DNA from: Ostreococcus lucimarinus | Lineage: Eukaryota | Direction: 5' to 3' (one strand) | DNA: 64,000 nt | Assembly: GCA_000092065.1 (NCBI GenBank) | Contig: CP000587.1 | Shown: positions 18,348-28,537 of the stretch, piece after piece | Layout: each line of letters opens with the position of its first letter | Numbering within the stretch: position 1 is the stretch's first letter | Made by a program: the position numbers and the translations under genes | Notes under the pieces: generated by a model | Told to the model about the DNA's origin: nothing | Seen by the model: only the letters and a program-made list of their open reading frames with translations | Databases searched by the model: none

Positions 18348-21300
18348 ATGGACTTCGACGACTGGTTCGCGAACGACGACGAGTTGCGTCGGATGTCCGT
18401 CGAGGCGGATGCCGCGCGCACGGCGCGGGATGACGCCGAACGCGCGCGCGGCGCGCGCGCGAGCGCGAGCGCGGAGACCGCGGTGGCGATCGATGACGTC
18501 GCGCACACCCCGGGGGGCGAATTCGAGGCGATGGAACGAGAACTCGAACAAATCGTCGACGAGGAGCGCAGATCCGGATTCGAAAGCGACGACGACGACG
18601 ACGGCGGATTCGACGATGATTTGATCGACTACGATGACGAGGACGAGGATGAGGACGACGACGATGATTTCGACGATGCGTTCGTCACGGACGAGTATTC
18701 GTTTTCGAGCGACTCGCACTCCTCGATCGATGAGACGCAGGAGGGTGAAGTGCAGCAAACGCAAGAGGCGTTCGAGACGGTCGTCCCGGAGACGCAAGTA
18801 TTGATTTCGCAGCAGGCGAACGATGATGTCGTCATCATTCCGGACGAAGACGCGGACGAGATTCCACCGGGCGTGAACGACGCGATCGAAGTGCGCGATG
18901 CGAACGCGCTGCCGACTGAGGATTTAATCCGGTTGCTCAAGGAACGTATGAGGTCTGGCGAAGCGAGGGAGATCGAGGCGAGGTTGGAGAGTGAAGGCTT
19001 CGTTCGGGCGGATCGCGATGTACCCCGTGCTACGCCAGCGCAAACGGAGCCGATACGTCGGCGCGGACGTGGCCCCGACCGTAGACCACGAAAGAGGAGA
19101 CGCCGCGTCGTCGAGCCTGGGCAACGGACGCTTCACGACGTTGGCTTCGGGACGGGCGCTGAAAACGGCGCCGAAAGGGCTGTCGACGATGACGACGGTG
19201 ACATCGTCGTAGAAGGTGTGTCGCGTCACATCCCACGACTCGATCGACCTCCCGTGCCATCGACTGTTGATGAGCTTTACGATGTTTGGGAGCGCACGGC
19301 GAAGGATCTCGTTCCGCGAGACGCATCTATTTACAGTAATTTTCGGTATGCGTTCGGAGACGAAAGCGAACGCGGCGAGCGTTATCGCGAGAAAGAAATG
19401 AAGGATATCGGAAATCTGCTGTTCAAATATAAAGCGGACAAAAAGCCTGGACAGCACGCAATGCTCAAAGGCCGCGAACGCGAGGGTAAGACGGGCGCGT
19501 TGTTTTCCATAACTCTCGCAGCCTTACTCTTGAACATCCGCGTCGTCATTCTTTGCGCGCCTTTGAAGGTTGCGCCGATCTGCGACATGGTACGAAAGCT
19601 CAGACGTGCTGGTTTCGGGCGTATGTACGACACGCAGCACACGCTCGGACCGGTGCAAGCCAAAAGAAATAAGATCCCCAGCGCTCAAATGGGACAAATA
19701 TACGTCGCCTCTCTTTGTACGTTGGGAGATTTGAAAAAGGTGAAGAACTGGATCAACTGTCAGAAACGAGACGGTCAGTTGACGTTGACGCTCATGGATG
19801 AATGCGACGAGCTCACTCAAGGAAAGGGGCACAGTACAATAGAGATTGAGCACAGAGTAGACCCAGACACGTTTGCGCAGTACATCCGTCAAGAAAGACG
19901 CGGTGAAGATTATGAAGACGTGCTCGATGTACCAAGCGATCGAAAGGCGAGAGGGAAGAATTTCAAAGCGCAAATCGCAAAGGCATCCCAATATTTTCGA
20001 CAGCACGTGCATCCCGAGACGCAAGTGATCGCGTGCTCTGCGACGCTGAGCGGCTACGTCTTGAATCCTATTGGCGTCTTCCGTAACGATTTGCCGACGA
20101 GTATTTTCAAAGTGTTTCCAAAGGATGGATACTGTGGCATCGAAAGATTCAAAATCCCCGAAGGCTGCGAGCTCGAACACGACGGCAATTTATCCTTGGA
20201 GGCTTTCAGTGAGTCGAACGCTGTGGGAAAGTTACTACAACGCTTTTATACGCGAAGAAACGAATGCGATGGGCAACGTCTCCAACCTTTGCCAGGGAGC
20301 TCAGCGACCGAAATCGCACTTCGTGGTATGCTGTTTTTATCGTGCACCCCGAAGGTGAACGTGCACGGCGGCGTGCATGATCTCGCAAAAACGGTGACAC
20401 AAATGGTTGATTCTTGGGGCACTGGCATCAGTTCACAGAAGACTCTATTTATTTGCTACGTTGGATCGCCGCGGGTACTTTTCGCGGGTAGTTGGCAGTC
20501 GATGCCCAGTGGATATTCGTTTGAAGCTATTTACAACGAAACCGCGTCTCGTGTGAAAAAAGAGAAATTTGCGAACGTTTCCCTTCGAAAAGACGAGCCA
20601 TTCAGCAAAGTTTGCACGCACGTCGTCCTCATCGGCTATAATCTCACGCGTCGCGCGATGACGGCGGCGTTCACTCCGAAAGACGAACCTGGAGTACTGT
20701 GCAAAATCCAATATGGCATCATCACTGCGCCGAAGACAACGGCAGTCGATACCACGAGCCAACGAGTGAATCGTCCATCTCACGAGTTCGCGCAGCACGT
20801 GGTGCCTGAAAACTATAGCGTCGACGTCGCGATGTGGCCTCAAACTTTGGAGGTGTGCCAACGTTATCGAGAGATGGAGGACAAAATGGTGGAAGAACAA
20901 CGTGGGTCGCCGAAAATCCACGCCGAGTTCCGCCAAGCGATCGACGTCTATCAACAAGGTCTCGACAGCCACATAGTTTCCAAGAGGCGCATTCCTCTCG
21001 ATTGCATGAGCAACACCGGTCGCAAAGAGCGATATCGCCAGCAATCGGCCGTGGATCCGGACGAAATCGAACATCTGAAGGCCTTCAAAGTGTGGCTAGA
21101 GAATCACGAATACCAGCCAGGCAAAAAGTTGCACCAAGAATCAGTGAGGGTCTACTACGCAATCATAAGACGGTATTTCGTGAGCAACGCTGACATTGGA
21201 GACATTATTAAAGAAGTGAAAGATTGGGTAGAACGTCATCCAGAAGCCTCGGACTCTGAGGAAAACGAATGCAATCCGCGTAGCGCAGCTAGCGAGCGCA

Positions 21301-21395
21301 CTAGCGAGCGCACTAGCGAGCGCACTAGCGAGCGCTTCCTTGCGCTCGCAAGGAAGCATTTCCTAAGTTTTTGGGAAGATAGATCTCGTGGGTAG
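18348..21395 (+). CDS. Large protein with an acidic N-terminal third and an SF2-like P-loop NTPase/helicase core; family not recognised
   Basis: Motif I 'GREREGKTGALFS' (GxxxxGKT), motif II 'LMDECDEL' and motif III 'ACSATLSG'. C-terminal (SERT)4 repeat. GC drops to ~50 % from ~19.2 kb onward. Confidence 0.5.
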   Translation: MDFDDWFANDDELRRMSVEADAARTARDDAERARGARASASAETAVAIDDVAHTPGGEFEAMERELEQIVDEERRSGFESDDDDDGGFDDDLIDYDDEDEDEDDDDDFDDAFVTDEYSFSSDSHSSIDETQEGEVQQTQEAFETVVPETQVLISQQANDDVVIIPDEDADEIPPGVNDAIEVRDANALPTEDLIRLLKERMRSGEAREIEARLESEGFVRADRDVPRATPAQTEPIRRRGRGPDRRPRKRRRRVVEPGQRTLHDVGFGTGAENGAERAVDDDDGDIVVEGVSRHIPRLDRPPVPSTVDELYDVWERTAKDLVPRDASIYSNFRYAFGDESERGERYREKEMKDIGNLLFKYKADKKPGQHAMLKGREREGKTGALFSITLAALLLNIRVVILCAPLKVAPICDMVRKLRRAGFGRMYDTQHTLGPVQAKRNKIPSAQMGQIYVASLCTLGDLKKVKNWINCQKRDGQLTLTLMDECDELTQGKGHSTIEIEHRVDPDTFAQYIRQERRGEDYEDVLDVPSDRKARGKNFKAQIAKASQYFRQHVHPETQVIACSATLSGYVLNPIGVFRNDLPTSIFKVFPKDGYCGIERFKIPEGCELEHDGNLSLEAFSESNAVGKLLQRFYTRRNECDGQRLQPLPGSSATEIALRGMLFLSCTPKVNVHGGVHDLAKTVTQMVDSWGTGISSQKTLFICYVGSPRVLFAGSWQSMPSGYSFEAIYNETASRVKKEKFANVSLRKDEPFSKVCTHVVLIGYNLTRRAMTAAFTPKDEPGVLCKIQYGIITAPKTTAVDTTSQRVNRPSHEFAQHVVPENYSVDVAMWPQTLEVCQRYREMEDKMVEEQRGSPKIHAEFRQAIDVYQQGLDSHIVSKRRIPLDCMSNTGRKERYRQQSAVDPDEIEHLKAFKVWLENHEYQPGKKLHQESVRVYYAIIRRYFVSNADIGDIIKEVKDWVERHPEASDSEENECNPRSAASERTSERTSERTSERFLALARKHFLSFWEDRSRG
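21281..21336. repeat. 12-nt tandem repeat (tagcgagcgcac) x ~4 encoding (SERT)n
   Basis: 'ctagcgagcgcactagcgagcgcactagcgagcgcactagcgagcgc' inside the 3' end of the 18348..21395 CDS. Confidence 0.8.
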
Positions 21396-21471
21396 AACTT
21401 GTGTATGTATTGACGAAAGAATTGAATATTAAACAACGAACGCGCCGCGACGCGGCCTATGACGACGACGA

Positions 21472-22782
21472 TCACGATTTGAAGTTGACGTACGACGACG
21501 TGCGAAGGGCGTTGACGATTTCGTCGCTGTACCCCTTGCCGCCGTTGATCGGCCGCACCGCGCGCACGGGGGCTAGGACTTCTTCCGAGTAGTCGCACTT
21601 GAACCCGCCGATGACGGCGTCGAGAAGTTCTTTATCTTCGACGCACGCCATGAGCATGCGCGGCGAGCCGTACACCTCGCTCACGAGCTCGAATTCGTTC
21701 GCGTCGGCCGCGCTGAGGTTCTGCACGTCCCACGAGAGCGTTCGCATGACGTCGTCCACCAACGCCGGCGGACATCTCAAACCCATCAAACGCTGCGCCA
21801 GGGCGACGCGCACGCCCATGGAATCCGGCGCGCCCTCGGGCGCCGCGTTCAGCTCGGCGATTTTCGCGTCGTTCTCCGCCGCCGCGAAGTTGTCTCGGTA
21901 AATGCGCGACACGCCCGCGATGTGGTCGACGCCGATGACGGCGACCACCGTCCCGTCGTCCGTCTTCTCCGCGCACTCCTTGATCGTCGACGCCATGACG
22001 CGATCGCGCTCGTCGATGATGATTCGCTCGAAGCAATCGTCCACGCGCTCGTTCGCCTTGGCCGCTAACGGGTGATCCTCCGGTAACAGCAGGCGATAGT
22101 TCCGCTCGCTCTGCGCCGCGAACGTCCCGTCCAATTCCTCCAGCGTCGGCGTCGCCATCAATCGCTTATACGTCACCGCTTTCGGTCGATCGCCGTAAAT
22201 CACCGTCGCTCCGACCGCGAACGCCGCGGCGTACACCAAGACCTCGGGCGGTAACTGCGCCTTCATGTTTTCCCACTGCGGCGAGTCCGCGATGGGTCCC
22301 AGCTCCCCCTTCAGCGCCCCCGCCAATCGCGTCACGAACACCAGCGCCTCCGGCGCCGTCGCCGCGTCCACCATCATCGCCGTCACTCCTTGCTCGTAAT
22401 TCACCGCGTTTCCCGTCGCGTCGCCGTGTTCGCTCGTCACCGCCGTCTCCACGACGACGACTTTCGGCCCTCGTCTCAAAATGTACTCCGCCGCGTCGTG
22501 CGCCCCCTCCACCAGGTGCGACACCCCGAACGCGACGCACCGCTCGTCGAGCGGCGTGAACGTTCCCGTCGTCCACGCGTCCGGCGTCGCCGTCGCCGTC
22601 GTGGACGGCGACAGATCGAAGTCGTCCTCCTGGTCCTCGAAGAACGCCCTCGGCGCGCGCGCGACGCGAGCGGGACGCGCGCGGGACGCCGTCGATCGCG
22701 CGATTCGCGCGCGCGTCGGACGACGCGCGTTGGACGACGCGTTCGCGCGCATCGTCGACGCGCGCGCGATCGAGGCGCGCAT
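21472..22782 (-). CDS. TraB-family protein (GumN/TraB domain), likely organelle-targeted
   Basis: 'GPKVVVVETAVTSEHG' and 'VIGVDHIAG' are TraB-family motifs. The N-terminus is S/A/R-rich (transit-peptide-like). Confidence 0.7.
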   Translation of the reverse strand: MRASIARASTMRANASSNARRPTRARIARSTASRARPARVARAPRAFFEDQEDDFDLSPSTTATATPDAWTTGTFTPLDERCVAFGVSHLVEGAHDAAEYILRRGPKVVVVETAVTSEHGDATGNAVNYEQGVTAMMVDAATAPEALVFVTRLAGALKGELGPIADSPQWENMKAQLPPEVLVYAAAFAVGATVIYGDRPKAVTYKRLMATPTLEELDGTFAAQSERNYRLLLPEDHPLAAKANERVDDCFERIIIDERDRVMASTIKECAEKTDDGTVVAVIGVDHIAGVSRIYRDNFAAAENDAKIAELNAAPEGAPDSMGVRVALAQRLMGLRCPPALVDDVMRTLSWDVQNLSAADANEFELVSEVYGSPRMLMACVEDKELLDAVIGGFKCDYSEEVLAPVRAVRPINGGKGYSDEIVNALRTSSYVNFKS

Positions 22783-23545
22783 GACGCGTCGCGCGGGCGT
22801 GTGTCGAAGCGATGTTTAACGCGTTCAGGGTTTGAGACTCGTCTCGCATTACGCGCCGCTCGCGCGGCGAGCGTCGATATCGTGCGCCCACGCGGACGTC
22901 TTGACGTGCGACGTCGTGGTAAACGTCTTACCGGCCTCACCGCCGACGACGTCCTTATCCTGCGTCGTCGCGCGCCGTCGTCGTCGTCGTCGTCGTCAGT
23001 CGGTCCGTCGGCGCGTCCGTTCGCGTCCCGATTCGCGTCTCGCGTCGTCCAATCCTCGCGCGTTCGCGCGCCCGCGTCGTCGTCCGCGGCGCGCACCTTC
23101 GGCACGTCGTTCCCCTTTCGCGCCTTTGCCTCGCTTTTGGCCCTCGCGACGTCTTCCTCGCGTCGTCGCGCCTCGGCGAGCTCGCGCTTTCCCGCGCGTC
23201 GCGCCCTGTTCTTCTTGTTGTTGCTCCGCGCGTGTCTCGGCAGCGCCGCGGTCGCCGCGCGCGACGCGCTCGACGGCGCTTTCGTCGGCGTTTTTCGCGT
23301 CGTCGCCGGCGCGCCGCCGCGTCCGAGCGCGCGTCGCAGCAGCGCGAACGCGACGGCGCCGACGACCGCCAGCGGCACGAAAAGATTCGTCGACGCCGCG
23401 TCGTCGCGCGTCGTCGCGCGTCGTCGCGACGCGTCCGAGCGCGCGCCGCGAGCGTCGCGTCGCGTCGACGCGCGCGCCATGCGAGCGCGCGGGCGCGCGC
23501 GACGCCGCGCGTCGACGATTCGGTGTCGCACAGTGACGCGCGTCG

Positions 23546-24345
23546 ATGCCGACGCGCGACGGCGACGCCGCGCACGCGCGCGCTCGAGCGCGACCGTACG
23601 CCTCGCTCGAGGGCGACGCGCGCGATTACGCGCGGTGGGCGCGCGCGTGCGCGGCGTCGCGCGGCGACGCGACGACGCGCGACGCGCGAGACGCGCGACG
23701 CGGACCGCTGCGCAGGCGTTTCGACGTCGCGCTCGACGCCCTGCTCGCCGAGCTGCGCGCGCACGAGGACGCGGAGCCGTTCGCCGTGCCGGTGGACGCG
23801 CGGTACGCGCCGGATTACTACGCGGTGATCGAGCGGCCGATCGACGTGGCGACGATGCGCGCGCGCGCCGGCGCGAGCGCGTACGCGAGCAAGGACGCGT
23901 TCGCGGAGGATCTGGCGCTGATGGAGGCGAACGCGGTGGCGTACAACGGCGCGGGGTCGACGGTGGCGAAAATGGCGCGCGCGGTGGTCGGCGCGGGGGA
24001 GGAAATGCTGCGGCACGTGCCGCGGGTGGATTTCGAGACGTGCGAACGCGTGGCGGCGTACGCGGCGCGCGTCGAGCGAGGGGAGACGCTCGAGGGCGAG
24101 GGCGAGAGCGAGAGCGAGAGCGAGAGCGAAGAAACGCGCGAGAACGATGCGGACGAACCGGGAACGAAATCGTGGAGGAAACGGACGCTGGAGACGCGCG
24201 TGCGGCGAGTGCTTCGGGCGAAGGCGCTCGCGGACGCGCCCGTGGGAATGCGACGCGCGTGTCGACCGAGAAGCGCGCGCGGTATGCTCGAGTTCATGCG
24301 CGCGAGCGAAGATCACGTCGATGCATGCGTCGGTGCGCGCGCGTT

Positions 24346-24377
<32 letters not shown>

Positions 24378-24817
24378 TTCCCGAGGACGAAGGTTTCGTC
24401 GCCAACGCCGTGCCGACGCTTCCGAAATATTCCGCCACCGCCGAGTGTGTGAGCGCGGAAGCGCTGGACGACATGATGATGCGGTCGATCGCCGTCATCA
24501 TCGACGCGCGCTCGCGCGTGGGCAAAGCGTCGATCGAGTATTCGATGACGAGCGCCGCCGCGAAGCTGCTTCTCTCCGTCGCCGACGATTTCACCGCTCG
24601 AATCTCCGTGGACGTGGCCAAGGCCCTCGCCGCGCGAGAGCTCGAGCGCAAACGCGAACGCGCGCGCGCCACCGTGAACGCGTCGGGGATCAACGTTCCC
24701 GAAATCGCCCACCGCATCGGCCTCCGCGCCGACGTCGCGCGCGTCGCCGCGCGAGCCATCAAAAAATTTCTCGAGCGCCCGCTCGGTCCGCATCCGCGCT
24801 CGCGCTCGAAAACATAG
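23546..24817 (+). CDS. Bromodomain-containing protein with a C-terminal histone-fold/BTP-like region
   Basis: 'FAVPVDARYAPDYYAVIERPIDVATM...FAEDLALMEANAVAYN' is the canonical bromodomain (FxxPVD...PDYY...P[MI]D...NAxxYN). EG/ES and poly-D repeats are present. Confidence 0.7.
24092..24128. repeat. Hexanucleotide repeat (gagggc)2(gagagc)4 encoding EGEGESESES
   Basis: 'gagggcgagggcgagagcgagagcgagagcgagagc' inside the bromodomain CDS. Confidence 0.75.
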
Positions 24818-25001
24818 TTTCATATCGTTACAGTAGGATATTAGTTTTAGCGTTTTCATTCCACACTAGCGGCGTAGCCTCGAGCGCGCGACCCGTCGCG
24901 CTCGTCGCGCTCGCCTCGCGACGTCTGTCTGTTTCAACTGTCCGTTCGGGTCACCGTCAGTCCGCCGCGCTCGCTCCATCGCGTCCGGCCGCGCTCGCGC
25001 C

Positions 25002-25421
25002 ATGTCGCCGTCCGGGTCGCTCGCGCGCGCCGACTCGGCGTCCTCGAGCCCCCTCGCGAGCGAACGCGCGGATTCCGTGGGCGATTTACCGCGAATTCCC
25101 CTCGGATTCGGCGCCCCGACGCGAAATCACGCGCGCACCGACAGCTCGTGCAGCACCGACGGCTTGATCTCGCGCGACGTCGACGTCGAGCGCGCGCTGG
25201 GTGATTTCGCCGAGACGTCGGACGGCGGCGTCGCGCGCGCGTCGACGTCGCCGCTCGCGCCGCGCGTCTCGCGGGGGAAAGTATCGCGAGCGCTCGCGAG
25301 CGTCGGCGACTACTTCACCGAACGCGCGAACCGACGGTTGAAGTTCGCGGTCGCGATCGCGCTGGTGCTGGCGCTCGTAGTGTTGATCGGGATGCCGCTC
25401 CGAGCGTGGACCAAGGGCTGA
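25002..25421 (+). CDS. Possible small tail-anchored membrane protein (hypothetical)
   Basis: 139-aa ORF ending in a hydrophobic helix 'FAVAIALVLALVVLIGMPL'. No homology recognised, so it may be spurious. Confidence 0.2.
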   Translation: MSPSGSLARADSASSSPLASERADSVGDLPRIPLGFGAPTRNHARTDSSCSTDGLISRDVDVERALGDFAETSDGGVARASTSPLAPRVSRGKVSRALASVGDYFTERANRRLKFAVAIALVLALVVLIGMPLRAWTKG

Positions 25422-26381
25422 GCCGACGACGCGAATCGACGCGCGTCGCCGCGGCTAATAATACCGCGCGCTCGCCGAGTCGCTCGCGACTTTTAACGCG
25501 CGTCTCGCGTCTCGGCGCGCGACGTCGCACCGCTGTAACACCACGCGTTGGATTAGTTTCGAGTTCGACGACGTCCGCGTTCGACGCGTCGCTCGTTCGT
25601 ATGCTACAAATCGCGTCGCTCCGCGCGTCTACGCGTTCGGCCGAAACCCCATCAATCGCGCCGCGCTGCTCTGCGTCGCGTACATCACCCCGAACGCCAG
25701 CCCGAGTCCCCCCATCGTGACCGCCGTCGGCGTTCGCATGCACACCTTCGCCCGCGCGCCGCCGCCGACGATCCATCCCAATCCACCGCCCGCGCTCGCG
25801 CCCAGGAGTACGTCCCGGTAGTCCGTCGCGTTAAAGTTGCTCGCTGCGCGCGCGCGTCGTCCCGACGGCTTCCGTCAGTCTCCCGTCGCGCGTCGCGCGT
25901 CGGTCGTCGACGCGCGAGAACGCATCGACGGTTCGCGCGTCGTCCGTTCGCGTCGTCCGTTCGCGTCGTCGCCGCGCGGCGTCGCCGTCGGTGTCACCGA
26001 TCGACGGTCGCGCGGCGTCGCGCGGCGTCGTCGCGTCGCGCTTTGTCGCGTCGCGCGCACCGACGGCGCCGAAACTCGGCGCGCGATCGACGACGTCGTG
26101 CGTCGGGCGATCGGCGATGACGCCCATGGATTCGCGCGCGTCGACCACTGCGGGCGAAGGTCCGCGCGAAGGATCGATTCGATCGCGCCGCACACGACGT
26201 CGCGGCGACGCGCCGACGACGCGCGCGATCGAATCGGCGCGCGGCGCCGTCGGACGACGACGCGCGCGACGGCGGCGGCGAACGGCGCCGCGCGTCGAGG
26301 GAGGGAGGGATCGATCGCGCGCGCGATTTGAAAGTCGACCTCGCGAAGACGCGGCGCGAGCGCGCGGGCGCGCGGGCGAGG

Positions 26382-27524
26382 ATGACGCAGGGCATGGGGG
26401 TGTCGACGTCGGATCCGTCGTCGCTGCCGCCGCTCGTGGAGGCGAAGAAAGGGACGACGGCGGGGTGGTTGGGACGGGGACGCGCGAGGGAGGACGCGAG
26501 CGGGACGCGGGACGACGACGACGGGACGAAGGGGGAAGCGAAGGCGAAGGAGGCGCGCGAGGGACGGTACGAGCGGGTGAATCCGATGAATTACGCGTCG
26601 GTGAACGATACGACGAAGCTGCTCGTGTGCGGAGGGATCGCGGGGGCGTTTAGTAAGTCGTGCACGGCGCCGTTGGCGAGGTTGACGATTTTGAACCAGT
26701 TGCAGGGGACGAACGCGGTGCCGGGGTGGGAGGCCGCGGCGGGACGAGCGTCGATCGTGAGCTCGCTGCGACGGATCGTCGCCACGGAGGGAGTGACGGC
26801 GCTTTGGAAGGGGAACGGGGTGACGATCATACATCGCCTGCCGTACAGCGCCGTCAACTTTTACGCGTACGAGCAAATCATGAACGTGCTGGATAAAGTG
26901 ATGACGACGTTACACTTCGACGAGAACGGCGACCCAGCGGTGGGGGCGTTTAAGTGGGGGTTCGCGCAGCGCTTGCTCGCGGGCGGGAGCGCGGGCTGCA
27001 TCGCGTGCACGCTGACGTATCCCTTGGATTTGATTCGCACGCGCCTCGCCGCGCAGACGACGGTCAAGCATTACAACGGCATCGCCGACGCGTTCATGAA
27101 GATTTTGCGCGATGAAGGCACGAAAGGCTTGTACCGCGGTCTGAAACCGACGCTGATCGGCGTCGGGCCGAACTTGGCGCTCAACTTTGCGGCGTACGAG
27201 ACGTTGAGAAATCACTTGCAATCGCTCGATCACGGGATGTATCCGATGGCGGTCGATTTGGCGAGCGGGAGCGCGGCCGCCGTCGTGAGCGCCACGGCGA
27301 CTTTCCCCATCGATCTCGTGCGACGCCGAATGCAGATGCGCGACGCCGTGCGAGGTGACAGTTTTGTCGGTGTATTTAAGCGCGTGTTGGCGAAGGAGGG
27401 CGTCACGGGACTGTACCGCGGCATCCTCCCTGAATTCGCCAAAGTCGCGCCGGGCGTCGCGATCACGTACACGTCGTACGCGTTTCTCAAGCGACTGGCT
27501 GGGGTGGACACGGGTCGTCTTTGA
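26382..27524 (+). CDS. Mitochondrial carrier family protein (SLC25; CoA/adenine-nucleotide carrier-like)
   Basis: Three Mito_carr repeats. 'PLARLTILNQ', 'PLDLIRTRLAAQ' and 'PIDLVRRRMQM' are Px[DE]xx[KR] signatures. Six TM helices. Confidence 0.8.
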   Translation: MTQGMGVSTSDPSSLPPLVEAKKGTTAGWLGRGRAREDASGTRDDDDGTKGEAKAKEAREGRYERVNPMNYASVNDTTKLLVCGGIAGAFSKSCTAPLARLTILNQLQGTNAVPGWEAAAGRASIVSSLRRIVATEGVTALWKGNGVTIIHRLPYSAVNFYAYEQIMNVLDKVMTTLHFDENGDPAVGAFKWGFAQRLLAGGSAGCIACTLTYPLDLIRTRLAAQTTVKHYNGIADAFMKILRDEGTKGLYRGLKPTLIGVGPNLALNFAAYETLRNHLQSLDHGMYPMAVDLASGSAAAVVSATATFPIDLVRRRMQMRDAVRGDSFVGVFKRVLAKEGVTGLYRGILPEFAKVAPGVAITYTSYAFLKRLAGVDTGRL

Positions 27525-27589
27525 ATCGCGCGCACGCTGGAGAAAGTAGTTGAATCACGTTGTATTAGGAGAGAAAGTAGTCTGCGAAA

Positions 27590-28063
27590 TCACGTCGTCG
27601 TCGTATTCGTCTCGGCTGTCGGCCACACGTACTTGGGCTTGATCGGCGCCGCGCGTTCGATGATTTCCACCATGAGATCCGTCGGAAGCGCCCCGAGATC
27701 GCGTCCGTCGCCCTCGCGTTCGAGTCTCTTGTGCGCCAACAAAAACGCGCGCGTCGCGAGTTTAAAAGCGTCGCAGAACGTCGAATGATTCTCGATCGAC
27801 CACGTCTCCATCGTCGGTCGGCGAATCTCCACCTCCTCCCTCTTCGTCCAGATTTGATCCCACTCGTCGTAATCCATCTCATCCTCGCGCGCGACGACGC
27901 GATAGATGAACGAATCGTTCACCACGCATCGCTGCCTCGATCGCGAGCACGAAAGAAACGTCCACGGATGCGAATCGTACGTCCTCTGCTCGCGCTTCTC
28001 GCCCGGCTGCAACACGTTGTACGCCTTCACCCGTCCATCGTACGCCAGCCAATACGCCCGCAC
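27590..28063 (-). CDS. Hypothetical protein
   Basis: 157-aa ORF with ordinary amino-acid composition. No recognised domain. Confidence 0.35.
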   Translation of the reverse strand: MRAYWLAYDGRVKAYNVLQPGEKREQRTYDSHPWTFLSCSRSRQRCVVNDSFIYRVVAREDEMDYDEWDQIWTKREEVEIRRPTMETWSIENHSTFCDAFKLATRAFLLAHKRLEREGDGRDLGALPTDLMVEIIERAAPIKPKYVWPTAETNTTTT

Positions 28064-28537
28064 GGGTTCGTCCGTCCTGTTCGAGCGTCGATCGTGGATT
28101 CGTCAGTCCCGTCGTCGATTCGCCGTCCCGTCGTCGATTCGCCGTCTCGTCGCGCCGCGCGTCGTACACGTTCATAAACGTCACGCGAACCGCCCGGTCG
28201 CTCCGAACGCTCCGCATCGTCTCGGGAGCGACTTCTCGCGTTTTTTCGAGGAGCTCTCGAAGCGGATCGACCGCCGTCGCCTCCTCGACGCTCGTCGGCC
28301 ACTCCGACGCGCCGGTTCGAGTTCTGCGAAATTTGGACGGCAGACACGACGGCGCGTCGCGCGCGACCGCGTCCGCTCGACGCCTCCGCGCGACGCGCGT
28401 CGCGCGCAGCAAAAAACATCCGATCGCGCGCGCGAATCGCGCGGCGAGCATCGCGATCGCGCGCGCGACGGCTCCAATCATGCGCGCGGGCGAGTGCGGC
28501 GCGCTCTCGGACGAACCGTCGGCACTTCTCGACGCGC

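Noticed and set aside
22955-24859. 634-aa minus-strand ORF antisense to the bromodomain gene
   Set aside because: The homology-supported bromodomain is on the plus strand. The antisense frame is R/A-rich with no motifs.
25875-26876. 333-aa minus-strand ORF (R/P-rich) and several overlapping ORFs in 25.4-26.4 kb
   Set aside because: All are low-complexity R/A/P frames. The region is more likely 5'UTR/promoter of the mitochondrial carrier gene, and no conserved domain is visible.
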